A stretch of DNA of 64,000 bases from Thermodesulfobacteriota bacterium (GTDB lineage: Bacteria > Desulfobacterota_D > UBA1144 > Nemesobacterales > UBA2774), in contig OZ244197.1 of assembly GCA_965216785.1 (NCBI GenBank), positions 96,001-160,000 on the forward strand. Direction: 5' to 3'. This document shows positions 9,029 through 17,741 of this stretch, one piece after another. The notes under the pieces were generated by a model. That model was given only the letters and a program-made list of their open reading frames with translations, did not search any database and had not been told where the DNA came from. A program made the position numbers and the translations under genes. How positions within the stretch are numbered: the first letter of the stretch is position 1; the number at the start of each line of letters is the position of its first letter.

Positions 9029-9835
9029 ATGAAAAAATCAATCCTATTATTGTTAATCGTTTTAATACCAACATTTGCTGTTAGTCAGACGGCTGAAGAG
9101 TATTTTGATTTAAGTCTCAATAAAATTGATAATGGTGATTACTCAGGAGCAATACAAGACTTAAACAAGGCAATAGAGCTTAAACCTAATCAAGATGCAT
9201 ATAGCAATAGAGGACTTGCTAAATCTAAATTAGGTGACAATAGAGGTGCTATTGAGGATTATAACAAGGCTATAGAGTTAGACTCTAAATTTGCTCCGGC
9301 TTATAATAATAGGGGTATGGCAAAGGGTAACCTAGGGGACTACAGTGGTGCAATACTGGATTACAATAAGGCTATAGAGCTAAACCCCCAATTAACTGAT
9401 GCATATGCTGGTAGGGGTGATGCTAAATCTAAATTAGGTGACAATAGAGGTGCTATTGAGGATTATAACAAGGCTATAGAGCTAAACCCTAAATTTGCTT
9501 TAGCATACTACAACAGGGGTCTAGCTAAAGCTAAACTAGGTGACTTTAAAGAAGCTATACAGGATAATAACAAGGCTATAGAGCTAAACCCCAATCTTGC
9601 TTTAGCATACTACAACAGGGGTCTAGCTAAAGCTAAACTAGGTGACTTTAAAGAAGCAATGCAGGATTGGAATAAGGCTATAGAGTTAGACCCTAATCTT
9701 GGTTTAGCATACCTTAACAGGGGTGTCGTTAAGTTAAATAACGGTCAAAATGAATCCGCTTGCCAAGACTTCTCTAAGGCAGGTGAGATGGGTATTAGTC
9801 AAGCTTATGATGTTATAAAGCAATACTGCCAGTAA
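9029..9835 (+). CDS. Secreted tetratricopeptide repeat protein
   Basis: Signal peptide, ~7 TPR units, ACQDFSKAGEMG...YCQ cap. Confidence 0.92.
   Translation: MKKSILLLLIVLIPTFAVSQTAEEYFDLSLNKIDNGDYSGAIQDLNKAIELKPNQDAYSNRGLAKSKLGDNRGAIEDYNKAIELDSKFAPAYNNRGMAKGNLGDYSGAILDYNKAIELNPQLTDAYAGRGDAKSKLGDNRGAIEDYNKAIELNPKFALAYYNRGLAKAKLGDFKEAIQDNNKAIELNPNLALAYYNRGLAKAKLGDFKEAMQDWNKAIELDPNLGLAYLNRGVVKLNNGQNESACQDFSKAGEMGISQAYDVIKQYCQ
9217..9657 (+). repeat. Exact 61-bp intragenic duplications within TPR units
   Basis: 9217-9277 = 9421-9481 (offset 204); 9495-9555 = 9597-9657 (offset 102). Confidence 0.85.
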
Positions 9836-9859
9836 TAATTAGAAATTAAAGAATGCACG

Positions 9860-10081
9860 ATGCTGATAATATTTAGGATAATTTCAATTCCATTTTTCTT
9901 GTTAGCATTCCTGAAATGGATTACATATAATCCTGATTGCAACCCATTTCTAATTGGCGGATGCGGGTTATTAGATATAGGTATTAGTGGAACAATTGCT
10001 ATGGTCATAAATTGGGTAATTATTGTCGTTCTACTTGTAATAGGGGTTTGGTTATGGGATAAGGGGAAAATAAAAAGTTAA
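9860..10081 (+). CDS. Small membrane protein (2 TM, Cys pair in loop)
   Basis: 73-aa hydrophobic ORF. Confidence 0.55.
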   Translation: MLIIFRIISIPFFLLAFLKWITYNPDCNPFLIGGCGLLDIGISGTIAMVINWVIIVVLLVIGVWLWDKGKIKS

Positions 10082-10098
10082 AGAGATTAGAAATAGAG

Positions 10099-11346
10099 AT
10101 GGGAATAGAATGGAATAAAAATTATAATGAGCAACAAATTAAAGTTTTATTAGAAGAAGTGCAAAAAATAAGTTTGAGTCCACTTACACTTGGTATAAAT
10201 TCAGTTATTTGTTCAGCTTTAAAATTCAATGATGAAATTTTTCGTGAAAAAGCTGAAGAACTTGTCATCACTGCAATAAATAATATTGGTAGGAGAAATA
10301 TTAATAGAAATAACATTTTAGTTGAATTGGATAAGTTACAAGGGGAATATATTAGAAAGGCAAAAAAGAATTATCATATAGCCACAAGTATTTCTCTTGC
10401 TACTCAGGACAATATTAATAGTATAAAATGCGATAATGTAAAATTTGATTTCTACAAAACATTCCCTAAGAAATACAAAAGGCAAGCATACTTAAATGAT
10501 AAAAAGCATATTATTAATAGTGTGCTACAAAATCCAAATATCCCTAATAACTACTCGCCTATTATCATTAAAGTTAGAGCTAGAACAGGAGTAGAAGCGG
10601 GTAAAATAGCCTTAGATTACTTAGATTTCATTATTGGAATCTGGAATTTCGCACTGAATTTTCCCAAAGGCCCTACTATGCATTTCAAAGAAATTAAACA
10701 AAATCCAATTAATACAGTACTAAAAGGGCCAATCCATACTATTCACAAACAAAACGGTGATATAGATAATGAAGATTTATTTTTTTATGAAGATGACTAT
10801 TATGGACCGATTCAACCTACTTATATTAATAGTAGGAAATTTCAAGAGATAAAAAATACCGAAATGAGAATTAGGAGACGTCTATCGATTAATAAGAAGT
10901 GGGGTTTAAAAATCAGAGACTCTCTAATTAGATACTCGAGAGCACTTGAAAATTATAATTACTCATATTGTTTCTTGCAACTTTGGAATATTCTGGAATT
11001 TCTTACACGTGCAGAAGAAATAGGAAATCATACAATTACTGTTAAAAAAACAGGGAATTTATTCCATAAAGACGAAGCCGAAATACAAAGAGCTTTGATA
11101 GATTTCCTAAGAATTACCAGAAATTCATTAGTACATTCAAGTCAATTCCAATCAGGTGTAAAAAAGATGGACATCACACATCAGCTCAAATTTTATGTTG
11201 AAGAATTAATCCGGTATCACTATGCAGCAATTAAAATTTTTGATAATTTTAATCAAGCTCTCAATTATTTAGATTTGCCGTATGACGAAAAAGAGATTAA
11301 AAGTAGATTAAAAGTCTTAAAGGTATTTTCTAAAAATAGATTGTGA
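10099..11346 (+). CDS. ApeA-like HEPN-domain protein (putative RNase, anti-phage)
   Basis: C-terminal FLQLWNILEFL helix followed by RNSLVH (Rx4H) motif; very low GC. Confidence 0.7.
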   Translation: MGIEWNKNYNEQQIKVLLEEVQKISLSPLTLGINSVICSALKFNDEIFREKAEELVITAINNIGRRNINRNNILVELDKLQGEYIRKAKKNYHIATSISLATQDNINSIKCDNVKFDFYKTFPKKYKRQAYLNDKKHIINSVLQNPNIPNNYSPIIIKVRARTGVEAGKIALDYLDFIIGIWNFALNFPKGPTMHFKEIKQNPINTVLKGPIHTIHKQNGDIDNEDLFFYEDDYYGPIQPTYINSRKFQEIKNTEMRIRRRLSINKKWGLKIRDSLIRYSRALENYNYSYCFLQLWNILEFLTRAEEIGNHTITVKKTGNLFHKDEAEIQRALIDFLRITRNSLVHSSQFQSGVKKMDITHQLKFYVEELIRYHYAAIKIFDNFNQALNYLDLPYDEKEIKSRLKVLKVFSKNRL

Positions 11347-11649
11347 CCTGTATACTGCTCCTCTTTTGTTAAGCCCAGTTATAGTTGGAATTATTAAGAA
11401 TGCGAATGCTTCCTAGCTATTATGACAAGCTCCTGCATAGGGTTTTCTGTAAAAAATCTAACTTAACTTATGGTCCTACTAAGGAGGGTGGCAGGTCAGG
11501 GGTTTGACAATAAAGCCTATAGACTATGTATCTGTTTCTAAGTAATTTTTTAGAAGCAATGAGAAAATGAGAAGAGTCATTCTGTATATAGTATTATTTT
11601 TTTGTAATCTAGCTTAAACAAATGAATAAAGCCTATGTTTATTAGGTTA

Positions 11650-12266
11650 TTACTGGCAATACTTCTTGATTAAATCATAGGCATCCATATACCCTAGCTC
11701 ACCCGCTTTAGACAGGTCTAGACAGCCAGAATCTTTTTGACCTAGATTTATTTTAGCACCAGCTCTGTTGTAGTATGCCAGTGCACCTTTAGGGTCTAAC
11801 TCAATAGCCACGTTACAGTCTTGTATCGCTCCTCTGTTATCACCTAGATTTATTTTAGCACACACATTCTAGAGTAATCGTTAGCAGCCAGAGCATCAAA
11901 ATTAGGATTAAGTTCAATAGCTTTTTTACAATCCTGTATTACTCCCAAATCGTCACCTAAACCTGATTTGGAAATAGCCCTAATTTGATAAGCTAACATC
12001 AGGAATAAATTATAGTAATCAGTAATATTAGGATATGGATAATCTATTATTATTTGCTCAACAATATCAATCGCTTTGTTGCAGTTTTGTATTGCTCCTC
12101 TGTAATCTTTTTTTAGAGACATTCTTATTGCACTATTCCTTAAACGTGTGGCCTAGATTTCTTTGTCCCGCACCTCTTCTCTTATTATCTGGAATTGTTC
12201 AATAGTCTCGGCAAGAGCTAACTCAAGTGTTATCAATATCAATAAAAGAAGGATTGATTGTCTCAT
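11650..12266 (-). pseudogene. Secreted TPR protein pseudogene
   Basis: ATG 12266 gives signal peptide MRQSILLLLILITLELALA; in-frame TAG at 12155-12153; frameshift near 11865; intact GCLDLSKAGELG...YCQ cap. Confidence 0.8.
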
Positions 12267-12448
12267 ACTTATCCCATTATATTATTTTCTCTCTTAATTG
12301 TTATCCCACAGTCTTCTCTGGTTCTCTCTAGCATCCGCTCTGCTTCTGTGGACAGCTCCTGATATTTGATAATGTACTGCCCCCCATAATAGGTCCATAA
12401 GTAAAGTTTGGTTTTAGAAAAATGGAGCGGTACAAAAACTGATGTGCG

Positions 12449-12486
12449 TTGACTATGTTAGAATATGTAAGTATAATATACTTACA
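12449..12486 (+). promoter_or_regulatory. Sigma70 promoter with overlapping perfect palindromic operator
   Basis: TTGACT-17-TATAAT; TGTAAGTATA-a-TATACTTACA (12466-12486) covers the -10. Confidence 0.8.
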
Positions 12487-12699
12487 GTGACAGCAAAAAG
12501 ATTAAGAACTAAAATGTTTCAGGTTTGGCTGCATCCGAAAGAGTATGAGTTTCTAAATACATATGCCAAAGAAAATATGATGACAGCGTCCGAGATAGTA
12601 CGCGGATGGATACACGAAGTCATGAAACGGGAAGGGCTTGTGATTAAGGAGCCTTCTCTTCCGGAGCTCTCAAAAACTAAAAAGGGGGTTAAGAATTAA
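12487..12699 (+). CDS. Ribbon-helix-helix (CopG-like) regulator coupled to integrase
   Basis: FQVWL..KEYEFL..YA....TASEIVR pattern; probable near-leaderless GTG; TAATG overlap with int. Confidence 0.65.
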   Translation: MTAKRLRTKMFQVWLHPKEYEFLNTYAKENMMTASEIVRGWIHEVMKREGLVIKEPSLPELSKTKKGVKN

Positions 12700-13772
12700 T
12701 GGGGAGTGTATATCTGAGAGGTAATTCATATGTAGGCCAGTATAGAGATAGGGGCAGAATAGTACAGAAGACATTAGGGAAAAAAGGGGTAATTACAAAA
12801 ACAGCAGCTCGGGCAATTCTAGCGAAGCTGGAGGAAGCAGTCATGCTGAAGAAATACGACTTGCTCGATGCCGATATTCCCACCTTGAATGAATTTGCAA
12901 GTGAATATATTAAACATGGCAAAGAAGTATTAAAGAAGAGGTCATGGGAACGTGACATATATGGATTAAGACAGTTCAAAGAACACTATGGCAATCGCTT
13001 ACTTTCTGAAATAACATCTAGGAACATAGATGATTTCAAGAAGATTAGACTTAAAGCTGTCTCAACTGGTACTGTGAACAGGGAGCTACAATGTATTAGA
13101 AGTCTCTTCAATCTAGCTAAACGTTGGAAAAGATTTTTTGGTAATAACCCAGTTAGCGAAGCCAGACTTATACAGGTTAATAACCAAAAAGAGCGCATAC
13201 TTTCAAAGGAAGAAGAGGATAGACTTCTGGCACTCTCTAATCCTTACCTCAAGCCGATTCTGATTACAGCTTTAAACACTGGTATGAGGAAAAATGAGAT
13301 ACTTACCCTAAAGTGGACAAATATTGACCGAGATACTAGTGTGATAACACTGGAACATACCAATACTAAAACTAAAACAACTAGGCGGATACCTATAAAC
13401 TCCGTTCTTAGAAAGCTATTATTAGAGCAAATGCTTAAGTCAGGTGGTAATGAATTTATTTTTCTTAACCCGACGGGTAATCCATATAAACGACATGACT
13501 CAATTAAAGGAGCATTCGAAAGACTTTGTAAAAAGGCTGGTGTAACAGGACTCCGTTTCCATGACCTTAGGCATACCGCTGCGACTAGAATGATAGAAGC
13601 AGGAGCGTCTATTGTGGCCGTGAGTAAAATTCTTGGACACTCAGATATTAAAATGACTATGCGTTATACACATCCCGATACTTCCCTAAAAGAAGCCGTA
13701 GAATTGCTGACAAAACCTATTATTTCCGAGCCAACTACTGACATATCCACTGACAATGAAGAAATGGGTTAA
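12699..13772 (+). CDS. Tyrosine recombinase/phage integrase (element B)
   Basis: TGMRKNEIL, HDLRHTAAT, ILGHSDIKMTMRY. Confidence 0.95.
   Translation: MGSVYLRGNSYVGQYRDRGRIVQKTLGKKGVITKTAARAILAKLEEAVMLKKYDLLDADIPTLNEFASEYIKHGKEVLKKRSWERDIYGLRQFKEHYGNRLLSEITSRNIDDFKKIRLKAVSTGTVNRELQCIRSLFNLAKRWKRFFGNNPVSEARLIQVNNQKERILSKEEEDRLLALSNPYLKPILITALNTGMRKNEILTLKWTNIDRDTSVITLEHTNTKTKTTRRIPINSVLRKLLLEQMLKSGGNEFIFLNPTGNPYKRHDSIKGAFERLCKKAGVTGLRFHDLRHTAATRMIEAGASIVAVSKILGHSDIKMTMRYTHPDTSLKEAVELLTKPIISEPTTDISTDNEEMG
13736..13756 (+). promoter_or_regulatory. Putative arm-type integrase sites, right end of element B
   Basis: Tandem ACTGACA with 12-bp period, same as 1459-1479. Confidence 0.7.
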
Positions 13773-13802
13773 TGTGCTCCGAACGAAAGTGCCCGTAAAA
13801 AG

Positions 13803-13880
13803 TGGTCGGGGTGGCCGGACTTGAACCGGCGGCCTCTGCGTCCCGAACGCAACGCTCTAGCCAATCTGAGCTACACCCCG
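13803..13880 (-). tRNA. tRNA-Pro (anticodon CGG), intact, CCA encoded
   Basis: CGGGGTGTAGCTCAGATTGGCTAGAGCGTTGCGTTCGGGACGCAGAGGCCGCCGGTTCAAGTCCGGCCACCCCGACCA folds as a cloverleaf. Confidence 0.97.
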
Positions 13881-13895
13881 TATTAAAGACTCAAT

Positions 13896-13924
13896 ATTTT
13901 ACCTAGTAAACATGACTTTTCTAG
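13896..13924 (-). promoter_or_regulatory. Putative element-supplied promoter for the intact tRNA-Pro
   Basis: TAAAAT (13901-13896) 15 nt upstream of tRNA +1; weak -35 (CTAGAA/TAGAAA). Confidence 0.5.
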
Positions 13925-13940
13925 GCCAATTAAGACTCTA

Positions 13941-13961
13941 TAGTTAGACAATGGTAAGACA
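13941..13961 (+). promoter_or_regulatory. Putative arm-type integrase sites, left end of element C
   Basis: TAGTTAGACA-a-TGGTAAGACA; same motif and 11-bp period at 19872-19892. Confidence 0.65.
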
Positions 13962-14553
13962 CCATAACCTACTATATTTCCTATGTAAGTATCTATTATA
14001 ACATAATATTCTCTATAAAGATAGTACTAGACACTACTAGAACTAGACTCATTTGAGTACATATTTGACTTGGCTAGTCAATAAGTTTCCTTTAATCTTC
14101 TACTATATTTAGAGGTAAGAGAATAGTGTCTCAGAGTGTTATAAACACTCATAATAGTAGGACTAATGGACTCTATATGACTATATGGTAATAATGGTGC
14201 TAGTCATAGTCTACAGTTGTACTCATAGAGCAATATTGGCTACTATAGACCCCCCTAGAAGACCCATAGGGGTACCTCTACACCACACAATATTCCAGCA
14301 TAGTACTCTTATGTGACCCCCATGATAATGAGGCTAGCTAAGTCCCCCACACACATATAAAATTATCAATAGACCCAGCTAGAAACATATATGACAATAT
14401 GCTCTTTTACTGTTCCCATAGTAAACATGAGAGCAGTTGGGCTTATGAATAGTACCAATAAATAATCCAACTTAAACTATGGAACTAATACCAACATCCG
14501 AACAATGACGATAATAGCTATTTTCGCTGCAGTCTTTCATTATTTTGACACTC

Positions 14554-14745
14554 TCAATCGATTGAAAAACAGTAACCAGATGGTTCAAAGTTCTTCTTGC
14601 CACATACACAACCAGAACCGCACATTGAGTGAGAAAAACACTTACCGGTAAAGCAGATACCAGCGAAGCAAGGCTTTGTCATATACACATAACCGGATAC
14701 TGCAACTGCTATTATAAAAACTCCAATCAAAATATATTTAATCAT
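14554..14745 (-). CDS. Small secreted Cys-rich peptide, cystine-knot-like
   Basis: GGAGG RBS, signal peptide, mature part with C-x4-C-x5-C-x3-C-x-C-x10-C. Confidence 0.7.
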   Translation of the reverse strand: MIKYILIGVFIIAVAVSGYVYMTKPCFAGICFTGKCFSHSMCGSGCVCGKKNFEPSGYCFSID

Positions 14746-15227
14746 TATGCACCTCCATTTATAAGTGTTAAAGCCTACAATAGCCTATTATACATATATC
14801 TCCGTTTTCCAGAAAGCTGTATACTTTGATATACCAACTCAGCCTTTAGGAATATTCTCTTATAACTAGTTGATTTAGCCGTCTCCGACCTGTTATCCAA
14901 TTCTGTCAACTTGCATAAAAAAACTAATAATATCTTTATATTACGTATCCATGTCCACTATACGAGGGTCTAGTACTTATATTAAATATTGACCCTAGAA
15001 AATTACCAGTGATGAGTATTACGTAACTTACTCATATCACTGCATATTATCATTTAGGCACATCTATAATTTGCACTATGAGTCATTTACTGAGAAATAG
15101 TTGCTATAGACCTACAGAGATAATGGTTCAATTGAGACCTATCCACCCCATATCCAAGTGGATAAACTGTCACAAACACTAATACATAGTATATACTTTC
15201 TATTGTATAAATACTACAAATTACCTA

Positions 15228-15256
15228 TTGACATTTGATAGATTATCAGGTTCAAT
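15228..15256 (+). promoter_or_regulatory. Putative polB promoter with palindrome in spacer
   Basis: TTGACA-17-TTCAAT; TGATA-gat-TATCA at 15236-15248. Confidence 0.4.
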
Positions 15257-15375
15257 GGTTTTTAACAAGACGTAGAATTATAGACCTAAACATAAATCAA
15301 GATAATCCAATGATAATAGTATCTTAGACCATGGTTTCGCAGATAGATCAATCTATGGCTCTGGAGTGATTAATA

Positions 15376-17643
15376 ATGAATGAATTAGAACTCAGTAGGA
15401 TAGATGATTCCAAGTACAATAGTGTAATAACCCCAGTAAAACGTGAAAAGAAGATACATGAGAACCCACTTATAATAGGATTTGATGCTAACTTATATCC
15501 TTATAAAGGAATGTTTCAGTATCTATCTCTGTCTTTCCATGTTGATGGGGAAACCAGAAGGTACTTTGCCAACGATATATATTATCCTTATAACACACCG
15601 CATACATGCAACGGTAAATACACTATAAAACTTCTTTCAGATTATATCTTTCATTTCCTTTCTGAACTTAAAATTGAATATGATTCAGACTGCATTTACC
15701 TCATAACCCATAATGCAAATGATGAATTAAGCCATTTTGATATATCTAAGAACTACAAACTAAAACCTATAGGTAAGGGTTTATGTTTAGAAGGCACAAT
15801 TAATAACACACTTCTAAATAAAGATCTCAAGCTCAGAATAATTGATATTTATAGCCTTATAAATAAAAGTCTCAAAGATATAGGCAATTATATAGGTATA
15901 CATAGAGTCACATGTAATGAGTTGTTTGAAAGACTTAAGGAATTGAGATTTGAGAATTTAGACATAAGCCAATTATTTGATGACGATATATTCGGGAATG
16001 ACTGCTTAATGGATGCTGAAATAACTTTTGAGGCATTCACGAGACTCAGGTTATTCTTTGTAGAAAATCATAATGTAGACATGCTCAACTTCTATTCACT
16101 CCCCTCACTAGCTGGATACATATTCCAGAGAGATCATATTAATAAACCAACTGTAAGATCAAAAACTATTAAAGAGGCTAGGAAGCAAAAGAAAACTCTT
16201 TCAGATGGTGATGAAAAATATTACGATGTTCCTCAGAAAAAAGAGATATTCAATGGTGATCTTAATGTTAGAAAATGTTCCATGTTGGCCTATCATGGAG
16301 CAAGGATAGAAACTTTCTGCAGAGGCCGGTTTGAAGACAAAAGACTCATATATTACGATGTAGATTCTCTATATCCTTCATCTTCCATACTACAGCCATT
16401 ACCAGTGGCTAATACTAGATGGGTTAACTACAATAAAAGAAACGCTGAAAAGTTTCTTAACCAAGCTGAGGGTTTCGTCGAGGTAGAGTTTAGCTATTCA
16501 CCTGAAACATTTTATCCATGCCTGCCTGTGTCTGGTCTAAGGGATAATATTCTATATTTCCCCCTATCTGGAATAACTTACTGCACTATTTCTGAGCTTA
16601 GAATGGCTATTAAGCTAGGTCTCAGTGATTATATGATTCTTTCAGGTTATTGTTTCTATCCTACCAAAAGAGAAAAGCAACACCCCCTAGCCAGCTTCAT
16701 GAATGACATGCTTGAGAGGAAGCAAAATTCTGAGAAGGGAAGTCTTGAATATATCATGTATAAAATGCAAATGAACTCCCTTGTTGGCAAGCTGGTACAA
16801 AGGGATAAGAACAATGAGACATTAGGAATGTTACATGAAGGCAGTATTTCCAGGGATGTATATGGGAGGGTTGATAATTATAGGAAAGCCAAGGTCGGTT
16901 CTCTGTGGTATCCGGAATGGGCTTCTCTAATTTTAGGAAAAGCTAGAGCCTTAATGTCTGAATTTATATGTAAGGGCACATATTTTATCTCCTCTGATTC
17001 CGTATTGTTACCAAAAGACATAGATATAAATTGTGATTCACTGGACGAATTAAGAAGTGTAGGAAGCAATCTCAGGAAAGAACATGATGTTGACCATGGA
17101 CTAATCATAAGAGCTAGATTGTATGCTCTAAATCCTCTAAATGAAAACCCTAGGCAAAGACATTTAGCTAGGCATGCTGTATCGTGTAAACCTGAAGAGT
17201 TTCGGAATATTATGATCGAGGGATATAAGACTAGAAACATTCCTGACATGTCGTTCACTTCTAAGAAAGCTGTTAAGTATGAAAAATCCATACTAGAAGG
17301 AAAACATTTAAACTCTATGGAAAAGAAGGAATCCAGTATTGAAATAAAATGGGATGGAAAGAGAAGACTATTTAAGGAAGTGGAGAATCCATTCTGTGAC
17401 TTTAGTTGGAGTAGAGCACTAGATGCCAAGGAAGTAGAAAACAATGATATGAGAAGACCTCCTAAACTGAAACCTGGAAGAAAGCAAGGTAAGAAGCTCG
17501 ATACTCCAAAGAAAAGGGACATTGTTAGACTATATAAGGAAGGCAAGAAACAAAAAGAAATAGCTAAGGAATTGGGTATATCCAAAGGATATGTAAGTAA
17601 GGTGTTCAAAGAATTTAATTTGAGTTATCGGGACTTGAACTAA
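15376..17643 (+). CDS. Family B DNA polymerase, primer-independent (piPolB)-like, with C-terminal HTH
   Basis: IGFDAN, YHGARIE, YDVDSLYPS, YPCLPV...FPLSG, KMQMNSLVGK, ISSDS, WDGKR motifs; C-terminal KQKEIAKELGISKGYVSK HTH. Confidence 0.88.
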   Translation: MNELELSRIDDSKYNSVITPVKREKKIHENPLIIGFDANLYPYKGMFQYLSLSFHVDGETRRYFANDIYYPYNTPHTCNGKYTIKLLSDYIFHFLSELKIEYDSDCIYLITHNANDELSHFDISKNYKLKPIGKGLCLEGTINNTLLNKDLKLRIIDIYSLINKSLKDIGNYIGIHRVTCNELFERLKELRFENLDISQLFDDDIFGNDCLMDAEITFEAFTRLRLFFVENHNVDMLNFYSLPSLAGYIFQRDHINKPTVRSKTIKEARKQKKTLSDGDEKYYDVPQKKEIFNGDLNVRKCSMLAYHGARIETFCRGRFEDKRLIYYDVDSLYPSSSILQPLPVANTRWVNYNKRNAEKFLNQAEGFVEVEFSYSPETFYPCLPVSGLRDNILYFPLSGITYCTISELRMAIKLGLSDYMILSGYCFYPTKREKQHPLASFMNDMLERKQNSEKGSLEYIMYKMQMNSLVGKLVQRDKNNETLGMLHEGSISRDVYGRVDNYRKAKVGSLWYPEWASLILGKARALMSEFICKGTYFISSDSVLLPKDIDINCDSLDELRSVGSNLRKEHDVDHGLIIRARLYALNPLNENPRQRHLARHAVSCKPEEFRNIMIEGYKTRNIPDMSFTSKKAVKYEKSILEGKHLNSMEKKESSIEIKWDGKRRLFKEVENPFCDFSWSRALDAKEVENNDMRRPPKLKPGRKQGKKLDTPKKRDIVRLYKEGKKQKEIAKELGISKGYVSKVFKEFNLSYRDLN

Positions 17644-17741
17644 TCACTATTTTATCTTCAATCTATCTTCACAATATGAGTCTAGTATATGTATCTAAAT
17701 ATAAGTTTGAAAAGTAGTGTGAATTTCTATAACTTAATAAT

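Larger units (their letters stand above)
1304..13850. mobile_element. Element B: ~12.5-kb tRNA-integrated phage satellite/PICI-like island
   Basis: Flanking 54-bp direct repeats, integrase at 12699, Xis-helicase-TerS-like module, low GC, matching arm sites at both ends. Confidence 0.88.

Noticed and set aside
9029-9835. Diversity-generating retroelement template/variable repeats
   Set aside because: No reverse transcriptase; repeats are in-frame TPR units without an adenine-specific mismatch pattern
14366-14540. Small hydrophobic ORF downstream of the Cys-rich peptide
   Set aside because: Interrupted by stops and frameshift; no recognisable homology
14893-15165. DnaA-box cluster
   Set aside because: Only one 8/9 match (15157-15165) and weaker ones; insufficient in AT-rich DNA
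16878-17609. 243-aa antisense ORF within polB (and many other shadow ORFs in the track)
   Set aside because: Ser/Leu/Phe-rich antisense shadow of well-supported genes; no RBS or motifs
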